From a virus: a DNA stretch of 64,000 bases. This document shows positions 55,945 through 64,000 of this stretch, piece after piece. The DNA lies in the IMG/VR virus record IMGVR_UViG_3300029309_000013, positions 15,314-79,313 of that record; one strand, written 5' to 3'. The position numbers and the translations under genes are program-made. The stretch's first letter is position 1. Every line of letters starts with the position of its first letter. The notes below the pieces were generated by a model, which did no database searches, was not told the DNA's origin, and saw only the letters and a list, made by a program, of their open reading frames with translations.

Positions 55945-55973
55945 TTGACAGAATTTAGCCTCCATGATACGTT
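55945..55973 (+). promoter_or_regulatory. sigma70-type promoter
   Basis: TTGACA-17 nt-TACGTT with TG extension, upstream of primase. Confidence 0.6.
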
Positions 55974-55990
55974 TTTATGAGAGGACAAAA

Positions 55991-56929
55991 ATGCAACACA
56001 AAAAACTAAAAATTCTCACAGAAGTTCTAGGTTCTTACAGAAGATCCAATGATGAGTTTCTATTTCATTGCCCGTACTGCAATCACCATAAGAAAAAGAT
56101 GTCGATTAACTTCTCTGTTAATGCATTTAAATGTTGGATATGCGATCAGCGCGGCAAAAATATTTACCGACTCGTTCGTAAATTTGGTAATTACAAACAA
56201 AGACAGCAGTATCTAGAGCTAACTGGTCGATTAGATCTGTCTGAATTTGATAACATTATGAATGAAATGAACAATGTTGAAGAGAAGCAAGTTATTGATC
56301 TCCCACCAGAGTTTATTTCCTTGTGTAACAAACACCTCCCGTTAGAGTCCAAAAAACCGCTGAGATATTTACACAGCCGAGGAATAACAAGGATGGAGAT
56401 ATTAAAATGGAAAATTGGGTATTGCAGCAAGGGTAGATACGGCGGTAGAATAATCATTCCATCATTTAATAGTGATGGTGATGTTAATTACTTCATAGCT
56501 AGATCCTATGTTGGGCACAAACTCAGGTATCTTAATCCACCTTGTGGAAGAGACATAATATTTAACGAGCTTAGTGTTGATTGGGACGAACCTTTAGTTT
56601 TGGTAGAGGGCGTCTTTGATGCTATAGTCGCAGGTCAAAACTCTGTCCCTATACTTGGTTCATCCCTGAGAAATGATTCTAGACTATTTCAGGCCGTCGC
56701 AGCACACGACACTCCTGTGTTTTTAGCACTAGACCCAGATGCAGAAAAGAAAGCCAAGTGGATTATAAAATCTATGCTACAATATGATGTAGAAATACAC
56801 AAAGTACCAATTGATGATTATGAAGACATTGGTTCCATGAGCACAGCATCTTTTAATCAGAGATTAGCACGAGCAGAACAAGTTGATGGAGAGATGTATT
56901 TCTTAGAAAAAATGCTTAGAAGCATTTGA
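55991..56929 (+). CDS. DNA primase (zinc finger + TOPRIM)
   Basis: CPYC...FKCWIC zinc-binding domain; YL.SRGI; RIIIP; LVEGVFDA; ALDPDA. ATG 55991 follows GAGGA. Confidence 0.88.
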   Translation: MQHKKLKILTEVLGSYRRSNDEFLFHCPYCNHHKKKMSINFSVNAFKCWICDQRGKNIYRLVRKFGNYKQRQQYLELTGRLDLSEFDNIMNEMNNVEEKQVIDLPPEFISLCNKHLPLESKKPLRYLHSRGITRMEILKWKIGYCSKGRYGGRIIIPSFNSDGDVNYFIARSYVGHKLRYLNPPCGRDIIFNELSVDWDEPLVLVEGVFDAIVAGQNSVPILGSSLRNDSRLFQAVAAHDTPVFLALDPDAEKKAKWIIKSMLQYDVEIHKVPIDDYEDIGSMSTASFNQRLARAEQVDGEMYFLEKMLRSI

Positions 56930-56953
56930 CAATATAAATTCACATGTTACATT
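56926..56953 (+). promoter_or_regulatory. sigma70-type promoter
   Basis: TTGACA-16 nt (ending CATGT)-TACATT; closely similar to the promoter at 3794. Confidence 0.6.
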
Positions 56954-57013
56954 ATAATTACGGGATTGTGGTTAATACCTTTAGTCCTATTAGCATATTT
57001 AAAGGAGAAAAAA

Positions 57014-57328
57014 ATGCAATACATAAAAAATAGAGAGCAGTTTGAAGAACTTACTTTAGCGGGAAACGTAGTTGTACAATTTTCCGCCACATGGTGTGGT
57101 CCTTGTAAGACCTTATCGAAAACAATGGAGAACATTGTCCCAGAACAACCAGATGTTTATTTTTACAAAGTTGATATTGACTCAATGGATAGGTCTGTTC
57201 TGCAAGAATACAACATTAGATCTGTTCCAAGGTTGATTATGTTTGTTGACGGCTCTGAGAAAGCCGAGATTATTGGCTCTAAGTCTCAAGTTGAGGTTAA
57301 CGAATTCATAAACAGCAACAAGGCTTAG
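57014..57328 (+). CDS. trxA: thioredoxin
   Basis: FSATWCGPCK active site; KVDID; IRSVP. ATG 57014 follows AAGGAG. Confidence 0.92.
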   Translation: MQYIKNREQFEELTLAGNVVVQFSATWCGPCKTLSKTMENIVPEQPDVYFYKVDIDSMDRSVLQEYNIRSVPRLIMFVDGSEKAEIIGSKSQVEVNEFINSNKA

Positions 57329-57366
57329 TGTTGACTATATACTACTAGCTGTATTTGGGGATTGTC

Positions 57367-57711
57367 ATGAGCAAAGTTTTAATAGCAACGTTGTTTTTTA
57401 TTTTAGGACAGTTATGTGGCTGGTATCAATCAAACGGCGCAGTCATATCAAAATGGATGGCCGATAATATTTTACTAACCAGTATTTTGATTGCCCCAAT
57501 TACAGGAGTATTTTTTGCTTATGGTACAAAAATTATGTATGACCATACAGGGGACCTATGGTCTGTTAGGTTTATAGCCTTTGCGTGCGGTTATCTAATC
57601 TTTATCCCATTGGCTTGGTGGCACCTAGGGGAGTCACCTTTTACCATAAAAAACTTGACTTCTATGTTTTTATGTGTTACATTAATAGCTATACAATTTC
57701 TGATGGAATAA
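57367..57711 (+). CDS. small four-helix membrane protein (SMR/DMT-like)
   Basis: Four hydrophobic segments; 'W..LGE' loop before the last helix. Confidence 0.55.
   Translation: MSKVLIATLFFILGQLCGWYQSNGAVISKWMADNILLTSILIAPITGVFFAYGTKIMYDHTGDLWSVRFIAFACGYLIFIPLAWWHLGESPFTIKNLTSMFLCVTLIAIQFLME
57655..57683 (+). promoter_or_regulatory. sigma70-type promoter (inside the 3' end of the upstream CDS)
   Basis: TTGACT-17 nt (ending TGT)-TACATT, upstream of ORF 57722, Smr and sbcDC. Confidence 0.55.
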
Positions 57712-57721
57712 GGAGGAAAAA

Positions 57722-57940
57722 ATGTCAGAAGATCAAATTAGTCTTTACAGAGAAGAAGATGAAAGCTGGTATGAAGCCGGCCTAAGATATACAGAGCAAT
57801 CAAATCTATCCGGTGCTTTTGAGGATTATTATTTTGATGAAATAAGAAACGGTGAAGATGACTTTGCATCGTGCATGATTGCTTTAGAAAAATGTGGGTT
57901 TAATATTATTTCGGAAGAAATCCGAGATGAAGACGCTTGA
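57722..57940 (+). CDS. small acidic hypothetical protein
   Basis: 72 aa; AGGAGG Shine-Dalgarno sequence. Confidence 0.6.
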   Translation: MSEDQISLYREEDESWYEAGLRYTEQSNLSGAFEDYYFDEIRNGEDDFASCMIALEKCGFNIISEEIRDEDA

Positions 57941-58142
57941 CTTGCATGGTGTGAGATATCAAGAAGTACCCAGAATATGTCACACATTTATTAATAACAA
58001 CTGGGGCTTAGAACTAACAATAATAACAGGAAACTCTGATGAAATGAAGCGGGTTGTAGTTTCCGTACTGGTTCAGTACGACCTAGATTTTCATACAGAT
58101 AATTCAATTTTTGCTGGTTCTATAAAAATTCATGTAAATTAA
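57927..58142 (+). CDS. stand-alone Smr/MutS2-like domain protein
   Basis: MKTLDLHG...IITGNS..MK..V...L....G.I.I motif. Start taken as ATG 57927. Confidence 0.78.
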   Translation: MKTLDLHGVRYQEVPRICHTFINNNWGLELTIITGNSDEMKRVVVSVLVQYDLDFHTDNSIFAGSIKIHVN

Positions 58143-58152
58143 CGGAGGACAC

Positions 58153-61100
58153 ATGAGAATCGCACATATTAGTGATACACACATTAGAAATCTTAAGTAT
58201 CACGACGAATATAAGTTTGTATTCCAAAACATATACGAACAGTTAGAGAGAGACCATCCGGATATTATTGTGCATTGTGGTGACTTGGCTCACACAAAAA
58301 CACAACTCTCGCCAGAATACTTTGCCCTAGCCGCAGATTTTCTAAGTAAATTAGCGGATATAGCACCACTATATATTATCGCTGGTAACCACGATGGTAA
58401 TCTAAAAAATGGTAATCGCTTAGATGCGATCACGCCAATAGTGGAGGCACTAAATCATCCTAATATTAATTTTCTTTTAAACTCTGGCGAGACACATGTG
58501 GACAAAGATATTTGCCTAAATGTTCTTTCTGTGTTTGATAGAGACAATTGGGTAAAGCCCACCAATGATTCTAAAGTTAACATAGCTCTTTATCATGGCT
58601 CTATTAGAGGTTCTAAAGTCGGATCAGATTGGGCACTAGAGAATGGAGAGGATGATGTCTCTATTTTCGCAGGCTTTGATTACGCTATGTTGGGTGATAT
58701 CCACAGAATGCAGTTTTTAGACAACGAATGCAGGGTGGCTTATTGTGGATCAACAGTTCAGCAAAACTTTGGAGAATCTTTGTTAAAGGGTTATCTCTTG
58801 TGGGATATTAGAGACAAAGACAACCACTCAGTCGAGAAAAGATTCTTTATGAGCCCTCGTCCGTTTTTTACTGTAGATATTAACCAAGATGGAACCCTAC
58901 CCCATGTTGATGTTCCAAACAATGCTAGGTTGAGATTGGTCTCACATTACAATCTACCGCTTGCAAAGTTGCGTAGGGCCTGTGACTATGCCCGAACCAA
59001 ATGGAATGCCTATACGGTCAATTTCGTCAACAAGGCGGGCTATTCTGATGGTGGTCTATCAGTGGATAGTTCTGAGAGTCGAATCATCAATATGAGAGAC
59101 CCAAATATCCAAGAAGATTACATTAGAAAATTTTTGTCGGATAAAGAGACCACACCAGACGTTTTAGAGAGAGTTGTTGAACTCAACAGCAACTATAACA
59201 AGCTTCTAGAAGAATCAGAAGACATCTCCAGAAATATTATCTGGAAGGTAAAGAAGATGAAATGGAACAATCTTTTTAATTACGGAGAGGGAAATGAGAT
59301 TAATTTTGCTAATCTTAATGGACTGGTTGGAATATTTGGGAAAAATTACTCTGGAAAGTCTAGTATTATCGATGCAGCTTTGTTCGGAATGTTTAATACT
59401 ACCTCTAAGTCGGAACGTAAAAATGTCCATCTTATCAATCAAAACAAAGATAAGTCAAGAATTCAGCTTGAAATTGGAGTCGGTAATGACTCGTATAAGA
59501 TTACAAGAACACTTGAGGCGTATGAAAAGAAAAGTAAAGGTGCGGTAACAAGAGAGGCAAGAACTGATCTTGACTTCACTAAATACTCTCTGGGTACGAT
59601 GGCTGAAAGCAAAAACGGCACCACTCGAAACGAAACCGATGCTAATATTCGAAAAACTTTTGGTAGCTTTGAGGACTTTATGATCACCTCTATGTCTTCA
59701 CAGACAGACTCTTTTGGATTCATAAACGAGGGGTCCACTAAGAGAAAAGAGATACTTGCTAAATTCTTAGATTTGCAAATGTTCGAATCAAAACATAAGT
59801 TAGCTAAGAAAGACTCCTCAGAATTAAAAGGCATCATTAAACACTTGGGTGCAATTGATTGGAATAAAAAGTTTGTTCACAACACTGAAGCGTTACAAGA
59901 AATACTTGAGGAAATATCTGACCAAGAAGATAGATGTAATACTTTGGGCGAACGATGTGATGAATTACGTCAAGAGATATCTATAGTTCAGGATCAAATA
60001 GCATCAGTTGGAGAAGAATGGATCGATATCACCAGCCTCCTTAGCGAGCTAGAAGGCAAGCAAAATGAAATGTCTACTCTTATAGCAGGACTAAATACGG
60101 TAAGGGACAATATTATTGATTCACAAGATCAACAAAAGTCTCTTGAAGAAATGAATCAATCTGTTGATATAGATAATCTAAGAGACCAGCTCTCTGCGAT
60201 AGATACACTATCTGATGAACTTAGTGCCGCTAATTATGATCTGAAGTCGACAAGGACAAAAATTAAATCTTTTGAGAAAAAGATCAGCCTGTTACACTGT
60301 CATGAGTATGATCCTGACTGTGAATACTGTACTGATAATAAGTTTGTGCAAGATGCTCTAAAGGCTCAACAGGCCCTACCAGCACTTAAACGAAAGGAGG
60401 AGCAGCTCAAGAGCCTTATTGATTCTAAAAGGAGAACAATTGAGCATCTAGATGAAGGCTCTGTGAAGCTTTCAATATCCTCGTTTGAGTCCAATGAGAG
60501 AAACGTCGAGAAGATAAAAACACAAATTATGGCCTTTGAGTCTAAAGTTGAGAGCCTTAAATCTCAACGTAGATTATTGGTCAATGAAATATCAACTCTT
60601 CAAGATAAAAGATCTCATTACTTTGATAACCAAGAGGCGTATGATAATCATGACTCACTAAGAAGAGACCTAACAGCAATGCAGAAAATGCTTAAAGATA
60701 GGCTTGACGGCATAAAGAAGTGTGAAAAGAAAATCATGGGTCTCCGAACAGAGGAGGGTGCAACGATTCAACTAATAAAGGAGGCTAAATCAAAACTAGA
60801 AGAAATACAAAACTATGAACGTGATTACATCGCCTATGATTTATTCATACAGGCAATGCATCCAAATGGTGTCTCGTATCAGGTGATTAAGTCTATGCTA
60901 TCAATCATCAATTCGGAAATTTCTAGTATTCTTAATAGTATTGTTGATTTTGAAGTTTTCTTTGATAACGTCGGTGATAAGCTTGAGATCTACATTAAGC
61001 ATCCAAAATATGACCCAAGACCTCTTTCTATGGGGTCCGGTGCAGAAAAAACTTTAGCTTCAATGGCTATACGTTTGGCTTTAATTTCAATTACTAATTT

Positions 61101-61305
61101 GCCCAAAGCAGAGATATTTGTTATGGACGAGCCGGCTACAGCATTGGATGCAGAACATATGGATGGTTTCATTAGGCTTCTTCAAATGATTAAGTCACAA
61201 TTTAAAACTGTTTTGTTAATTTCTCACCTTGATTCGTTAAAAGACGTTGTTGATATGACCATTGATATACAAAAACTTGATGGCTATGCACATGTCCAAA
61301 TCTAA
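58153..61305 (+). CDS. fused SbcD-SbcC (Mre11-Rad50; T4 gp47-gp46) recombination nuclease/ATPase
   Basis: Metallophosphoesterase HISDTH, GDLAH, GNHD, LGDIH; then Walker A GKNYSGKS, coiled coil with CEYC zinc hook, LSMGSGAE signature, Walker B VMDEP, ISH. Confidence 0.92.
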   Translation: MRIAHISDTHIRNLKYHDEYKFVFQNIYEQLERDHPDIIVHCGDLAHTKTQLSPEYFALAADFLSKLADIAPLYIIAGNHDGNLKNGNRLDAITPIVEALNHPNINFLLNSGETHVDKDICLNVLSVFDRDNWVKPTNDSKVNIALYHGSIRGSKVGSDWALENGEDDVSIFAGFDYAMLGDIHRMQFLDNECRVAYCGSTVQQNFGESLLKGYLLWDIRDKDNHSVEKRFFMSPRPFFTVDINQDGTLPHVDVPNNARLRLVSHYNLPLAKLRRACDYARTKWNAYTVNFVNKAGYSDGGLSVDSSESRIINMRDPNIQEDYIRKFLSDKETTPDVLERVVELNSNYNKLLEESEDISRNIIWKVKKMKWNNLFNYGEGNEINFANLNGLVGIFGKNYSGKSSIIDAALFGMFNTTSKSERKNVHLINQNKDKSRIQLEIGVGNDSYKITRTLEAYEKKSKGAVTREARTDLDFTKYSLGTMAESKNGTTRNETDANIRKTFGSFEDFMITSMSSQTDSFGFINEGSTKRKEILAKFLDLQMFESKHKLAKKDSSELKGIIKHLGAIDWNKKFVHNTEALQEILEEISDQEDRCNTLGERCDELRQEISIVQDQIASVGEEWIDITSLLSELEGKQNEMSTLIAGLNTVRDNIIDSQDQQKSLEEMNQSVDIDNLRDQLSAIDTLSDELSAANYDLKSTRTKIKSFEKKISLLHCHEYDPDCEYCTDNKFVQDALKAQQALPALKRKEEQLKSLIDSKRRTIEHLDEGSVKLSISSFESNERNVEKIKTQIMAFESKVESLKSQRRLLVNEISTLQDKRSHYFDNQEAYDNHDSLRRDLTAMQKMLKDRLDGIKKCEKKIMGLRTEEGATIQLIKEAKSKLEEIQNYERDYIAYDLFIQAMHPNGVSYQVIKSMLSIINSEISSILNSIVDFEVFFDNVGDKLEIYIKHPKYDPRPLSMGSGAEKTLASMAIRLALISITNLPKAEIFVMDEPATALDAEHMDGFIRLLQMIKSQFKTVLLISHLDSLKDVVDMTIDIQKLDGYAHVQI

Positions 61306-61310
61306 AGCTG

Positions 61311-61350
61311 AACCCTATTTAGAGTAAAATCTAGATAGGGTTTTTCTTTT
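61311..61350 (+). terminator. intrinsic terminator whose 5' arm contains CTATTTA
   Basis: AACCCTATTTAGA-gtaaaa-TCTAGATAGGGTT followed by TTTCTTTT. Confidence 0.7.
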
Positions 61351-61363
61351 ATGGAGACTAAAA

Positions 61364-61789
61364 ATGAGACTTACAATGGCTAAATTAAAGCAAATTATCA
61401 AAGAAGAGATGGAGCTAGCTTCGGAGGGCCACGGTGGATTTGCCGGTGCGGCAAGACAAAAGCAGCGTGCCCAGATGCATACAGACAGAAGGTTTAGGGC
61501 TGGTCAAGTCAACAGTAAACTTATGAGTGATTATAAGGCAACCCCTCCAGAGGGTATTAATCAATACCATGTAGATAATGTTTTGGACATGTTTAAAGAG
61601 TTAATAAAAGAACGCAAACCAAGACCAGACAGAAAAAAGATACCAGAGACTTCAAAGGAGATGGAAGTAGTTAAGGCATGGATGGGCAACGCTATTGGTG
61701 AAATTGTGGCCGCTGCGTATGTCGGAGAAGAAGACATCACCAGCCCTAAGCGCCAGGCCGAGCTTGATTCAATATTTAAAAACATGTAA
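61364..61789 (+). CDS. hypothetical protein with head-type leader
   Basis: Begins MRLTMAKLKQIIKEEMELASE. Confidence 0.6.
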   Translation: MRLTMAKLKQIIKEEMELASEGHGGFAGAARQKQRAQMHTDRRFRAGQVNSKLMSDYKATPPEGINQYHVDNVLDMFKELIKERKPRPDRKKIPETSKEMEVVKAWMGNAIGEIVAAAYVGEEDITSPKRQAELDSIFKNM

Positions 61790-61801
61790 GAGGACTAAAA
61801 A

Positions 61802-62092
61802 ATGGATTTAAAAGAAAAAGTTATGGATAAAGTACACGATGCTGTTGAAAACATTGATGGAGAAGATCTGTGTGAAAGTGTTATGGCCGAGTTGCATTTT
61901 GACGACCCAGACAAAGGCGCACTTGATGCAATCCAAGAAAAACTAATCTCAAGAAAACTTCTTGTGTTTGGTGTAGCAACCGCTCTTATGATCTGGTCAA
62001 CCCTTGACCCGGATACTTGGGGCCTTATTGCAATGATGTACATCGGAGGACAATCTGCTATTGATCTTGCAAAAACTTGGAGACATGGTTAA
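61802..62092 (+). CDS. putative holin-like membrane protein
   Basis: C-terminal SRKLLV + two short hydrophobic helices + YIGGQSAID, with a basic C-terminus. Confidence 0.55.
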   Translation: MDLKEKVMDKVHDAVENIDGEDLCESVMAELHFDDPDKGALDAIQEKLISRKLLVFGVATALMIWSTLDPDTWGLIAMMYIGGQSAIDLAKTWRHG

Positions 62093-62484
62093 TGCTTTGG
62101 TGGAAAAAAGTAAAAAACTGGTCTTTTCATCATTGGCGATTGTTGGTAGTGTTAGGTATTGGCCTGACTGCTTTTTTGCTCGGAAAAAGAAATGCTAGCA
62201 AATATAAACTCCAAGCACAGATAATTAAGAAATTGTATGAAGAGGAAAAGCAAGTTATTGAGAAAGCTCACGCCAACAAGTCAACAAAGAATAAACAAGC
62301 CGTTGAAACATACAGAAAGGCGATTGCTGTTGCTAACAGAAGATACATAAGATCTAGAAGTGATATAGACAGAAGACAAGCATCTCGAGTTGCAGAATTA
62401 GTAGAGCAAAATAAAGACAACCCAGATGCTATTGATGATATATTTAAGAAGCAATTTGGATTTAAAATTTCGGAGACAGAATGA
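62092..62484 (+). CDS. membrane-anchored coiled-coil protein (i-spanin-like)
   Basis: N-terminal TM helix followed by a charged helical domain. ATG 62092 is coupled to the upstream stop (TAATG). Confidence 0.5.
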   Translation: MLWWKKVKNWSFHHWRLLVVLGIGLTAFLLGKRNASKYKLQAQIIKKLYEEEKQVIEKAHANKSTKNKQAVETYRKAIAVANRRYIRSRSDIDRRQASRVAELVEQNKDNPDAIDDIFKKQFGFKISETE

Positions 62485-62882
62485 TTCTACTACTATCTTC
62501 CATGGCGTTAGCCGAACCAGAATTAACAAATTTAAAAAAAGGACAACGAGCACCGTATGATGGTAAGTTGTTTAACTCTGAGGCTGTAGCTGAGATTATT
62601 TCGCAAAAAGAAGCAGCTGCAATGGAGTGTGACTTAAACATAGAGTACAAAGAATCTATTCTAAAAACAGAACATCAGCTTGAAATGAAATATTTAAAGA
62701 CAGAGTTAGAATTTGAAAAAGAAAAGAACGAACAATTACTTAAGATTAGAGACGCTCAGATAGAAAAGCTTCAAGAAAACTATAAACCATCCAGAGCTAT
62801 TTGGTGGGCACTTGGAGGATTTACTGTAGGCACTTTATCATCTTTGGGCATATACTACTCGGTAGTGGAGATCAATAAATGA
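62481..62882 (+). CDS. exported coiled-coil protein with C-terminal TM helix (spanin partner-like)
   Basis: Short signal MILLLSSMALA, LKKGQRAPYDG motif, coiled coil, C-terminal WWALGGFTVGTLSSLGIYY. Confidence 0.5.
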   Translation: MILLLSSMALAEPELTNLKKGQRAPYDGKLFNSEAVAEIISQKEAAAMECDLNIEYKESILKTEHQLEMKYLKTELEFEKEKNEQLLKIRDAQIEKLQENYKPSRAIWWALGGFTVGTLSSLGIYYSVVEINK

Positions 62883-63307
62883 TTAGAGTTAAGATTTTAA
62901 AAACAGTTAAGAAGCTAATGGGGCTTGCATGCCCGGCTGCTACTCAAGATTTGGAGCTAAACACAAAGAATCGTGATAACGCAATTCACGCTGAGTATAT
63001 TCAGTATGGACCTCTTAATGTAGATGAGCCTGGTGATTACTGGAAGGATATTGCTGAGTATTGGAATACAACCGAGAAAGCAGCGAAAAAGTCTCTTTGT
63101 AGTAATTGTATTGCTTTTGATATTAGTCCGAGAATGGACGAGTGTATGCCGGGTGTAACATCAGATAAAGATGGTCGTCTTGGATATTGCTGGATGCATC
63201 ATTTTAAATGTCACAGTGCAAGAGCCTGTAGGACGTGGGCAAAAGGTGGTCCAATAACAGAAGATACTATCTCATATGATTGGCAAGAGCGAGGTGAGAG
63301 TGCCTAA
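62879..63307 (+). CDS. conserved Cys-rich phage protein (possible Fe-S/metal binding)
   Basis: CPAATQD...CSNCIAF...C...GYCWMHHFKCHSARACRTW. Confidence 0.6.
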   Translation: MIRVKILKTVKKLMGLACPAATQDLELNTKNRDNAIHAEYIQYGPLNVDEPGDYWKDIAEYWNTTEKAAKKSLCSNCIAFDISPRMDECMPGVTSDKDGRLGYCWMHHFKCHSARACRTWAKGGPITEDTISYDWQERGESA

Positions 63308-63674
63308 TAAAGATCCTAATTACGCTGTTAAAGTAGAGCAAGCGATTGCGAAAAAATATGGTGAAGAGACCGTTGTTAACCCAAAATCTTTGTGGGATGA
63401 TGAAAAAGAAAGAGAATACTTGATAGGACTTAAGCAGACCTATGTTAAGGAGATCGCTGAAGACTTTGATAAGGTAGAGGTTCAAGGCGTTTTTATTCCA
63501 AGAAAACTAGTTAAGGAAGAGTCTAGTCGCTCTTGTCCTATTTGTAACACATATTCATTTAAATCCAATGATGATGTATACATGACCAAATTTGGCTGTT
63601 GCGAAAAATGCTACATTCAGTGGGTCGAGGGAAGAGAAGAAAGATGGAAAACTGGATGGAGACCAAATAAATGA
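63300..63674 (+). CDS. hypothetical zinc-finger protein
   Basis: CPIC...CCEKC. GTG 63300 follows GAGG. Confidence 0.6.
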   Translation: MPNKDPNYAVKVEQAIAKKYGEETVVNPKSLWDDEKEREYLIGLKQTYVKEIAEDFDKVEVQGVFIPRKLVKEESSRSCPICNTYSFKSNDDVYMTKFGCCEKCYIQWVEGREERWKTGWRPNK

Positions 63675-64000
63675 GTAAAAAAACACTGGAAATTATCCAA
63701 GGACTAGCGCAAGCAGCATCTAGTGCCTATGATGGATCACATGATGAAAGATATACCCTCGAAGGGCAAACAAAAAGCGTTGGTCTTAATCGAGAACAGG
63801 GACACCCAATTCTTGATAAAAGAGTTAATGATGGTTTCTCTGTAAAGTTCTACGGAAACTCAATGATTATTAACTATCAAAGTGATGTTCGTCTTCAAGA
63901 AGTAAAAAATCCAAAGTATGATGAAGAGATTGCTAGAATGCTAAATGAAATTAAAAAGTTCTTGCAAAAAGAATACAAAGCGATTACTGGTAATTCTGTT
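63671..64000 (+). CDS. hypothetical protein, 3'-truncated by the window edge
   Basis: ATG 63671 (ATGA overlap); MSKKTLEIIQGLAQAASSAYDG...; open to the end of the window. Confidence 0.65.
   Translation, partial: MSKKTLEIIQGLAQAASSAYDGSHDERYTLEGQTKSVGLNREQGHPILDKRVNDGFSVKFYGNSMIINYQSDVRLQEVKNPKYDEEIARMLNEIKKFLQKEYKAITGNSV

Noticed and set aside
57331-57360. TTGACT upstream of the membrane protein gene as a sigma70 promoter
   Set aside because: There is no acceptable -10 hexamer at 16-18 nt spacing.
168-63485. Numerous minus-strand and alternate-frame ORFs in the track (e.g. 608-991, 17484-17945, 51588-52073)
   Set aside because: They lie within or across longer + strand genes that have recognisable motifs, Shine-Dalgarno sequences and stop/start coupling. 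They have no motifs of their own and look like shadow ORFs.
1-64000. Stop-codon reassignment, as seen in some large phages
   Set aside because: Code 11 gives near-complete coding density with intact multi-kb ORFs, and TAA, TAG and TGA all end genes at sensible boundaries.
1-64000. Eukaryotic giant virus origin (suggested by the PMM and glycan genes)
   Set aside because: Shine-Dalgarno sequences, sigma70 promoters, overlapping operons, gp25/gp6 baseplate genes and a sigma factor indicate a bacteriophage.

Overview
This 64 kb window is AT-rich, densely coding and has every credible gene on the + strand. It comes from a large (probably jumbo) tailed dsDNA phage of myovirus type, distantly T4-like, read in standard genetic code 11. 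In order it contains: (1) 1-8.6 kb, putative head/internal proteins sharing an N-terminal leader that ends in Glu, mixed with a Fis-like HTH, a eukaryote-type HAD phosphomannomutase, tRNA-Arg(UCU) and an HNH nuclease; (2) PIN-PhoH, an HEXXH peptidase and a Cas4-like exonuclease; (3) 11.5-19.7 kb, a nine-gene glycosylation operon (two GT4-like enzymes, a GT2-GT32 fusion, UDP-GlcNAc 2-epimerase-like, methyltransferase, epimerase/dehydratase, cupin epimerase, DUF962-like, RmlD-like reductase); (4) a gp55-like late sigma factor; (5) 21.5-54.5 kb, a baseplate/tail module (M15 peptidase hub protein, spike, gp25, gp6, very large LamG-containing proteins); (6) recombination/replication genes (RuvC-like, primase, thioredoxin, Smr, fused SbcD-SbcC); (7) a putative lysis cassette. 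Two promoter classes are visible: host sigma70-type TTGAC-N16/17-TA(C/T)A(T/A)T, and a CTATTTA motif in front of virion genes. The best candidate for an undescribed system is phage-encoded, sequon-directed glycosylation of the virion. A subset of baseplate/tail proteins is strongly enriched in [S/T]-[G/A/S]-S tripeptides, and the same genome carries its own glycosyltransferases and a 6-deoxy-(N-acetyl)hexose pathway. All family assignments come from motif recognition, not database searches.
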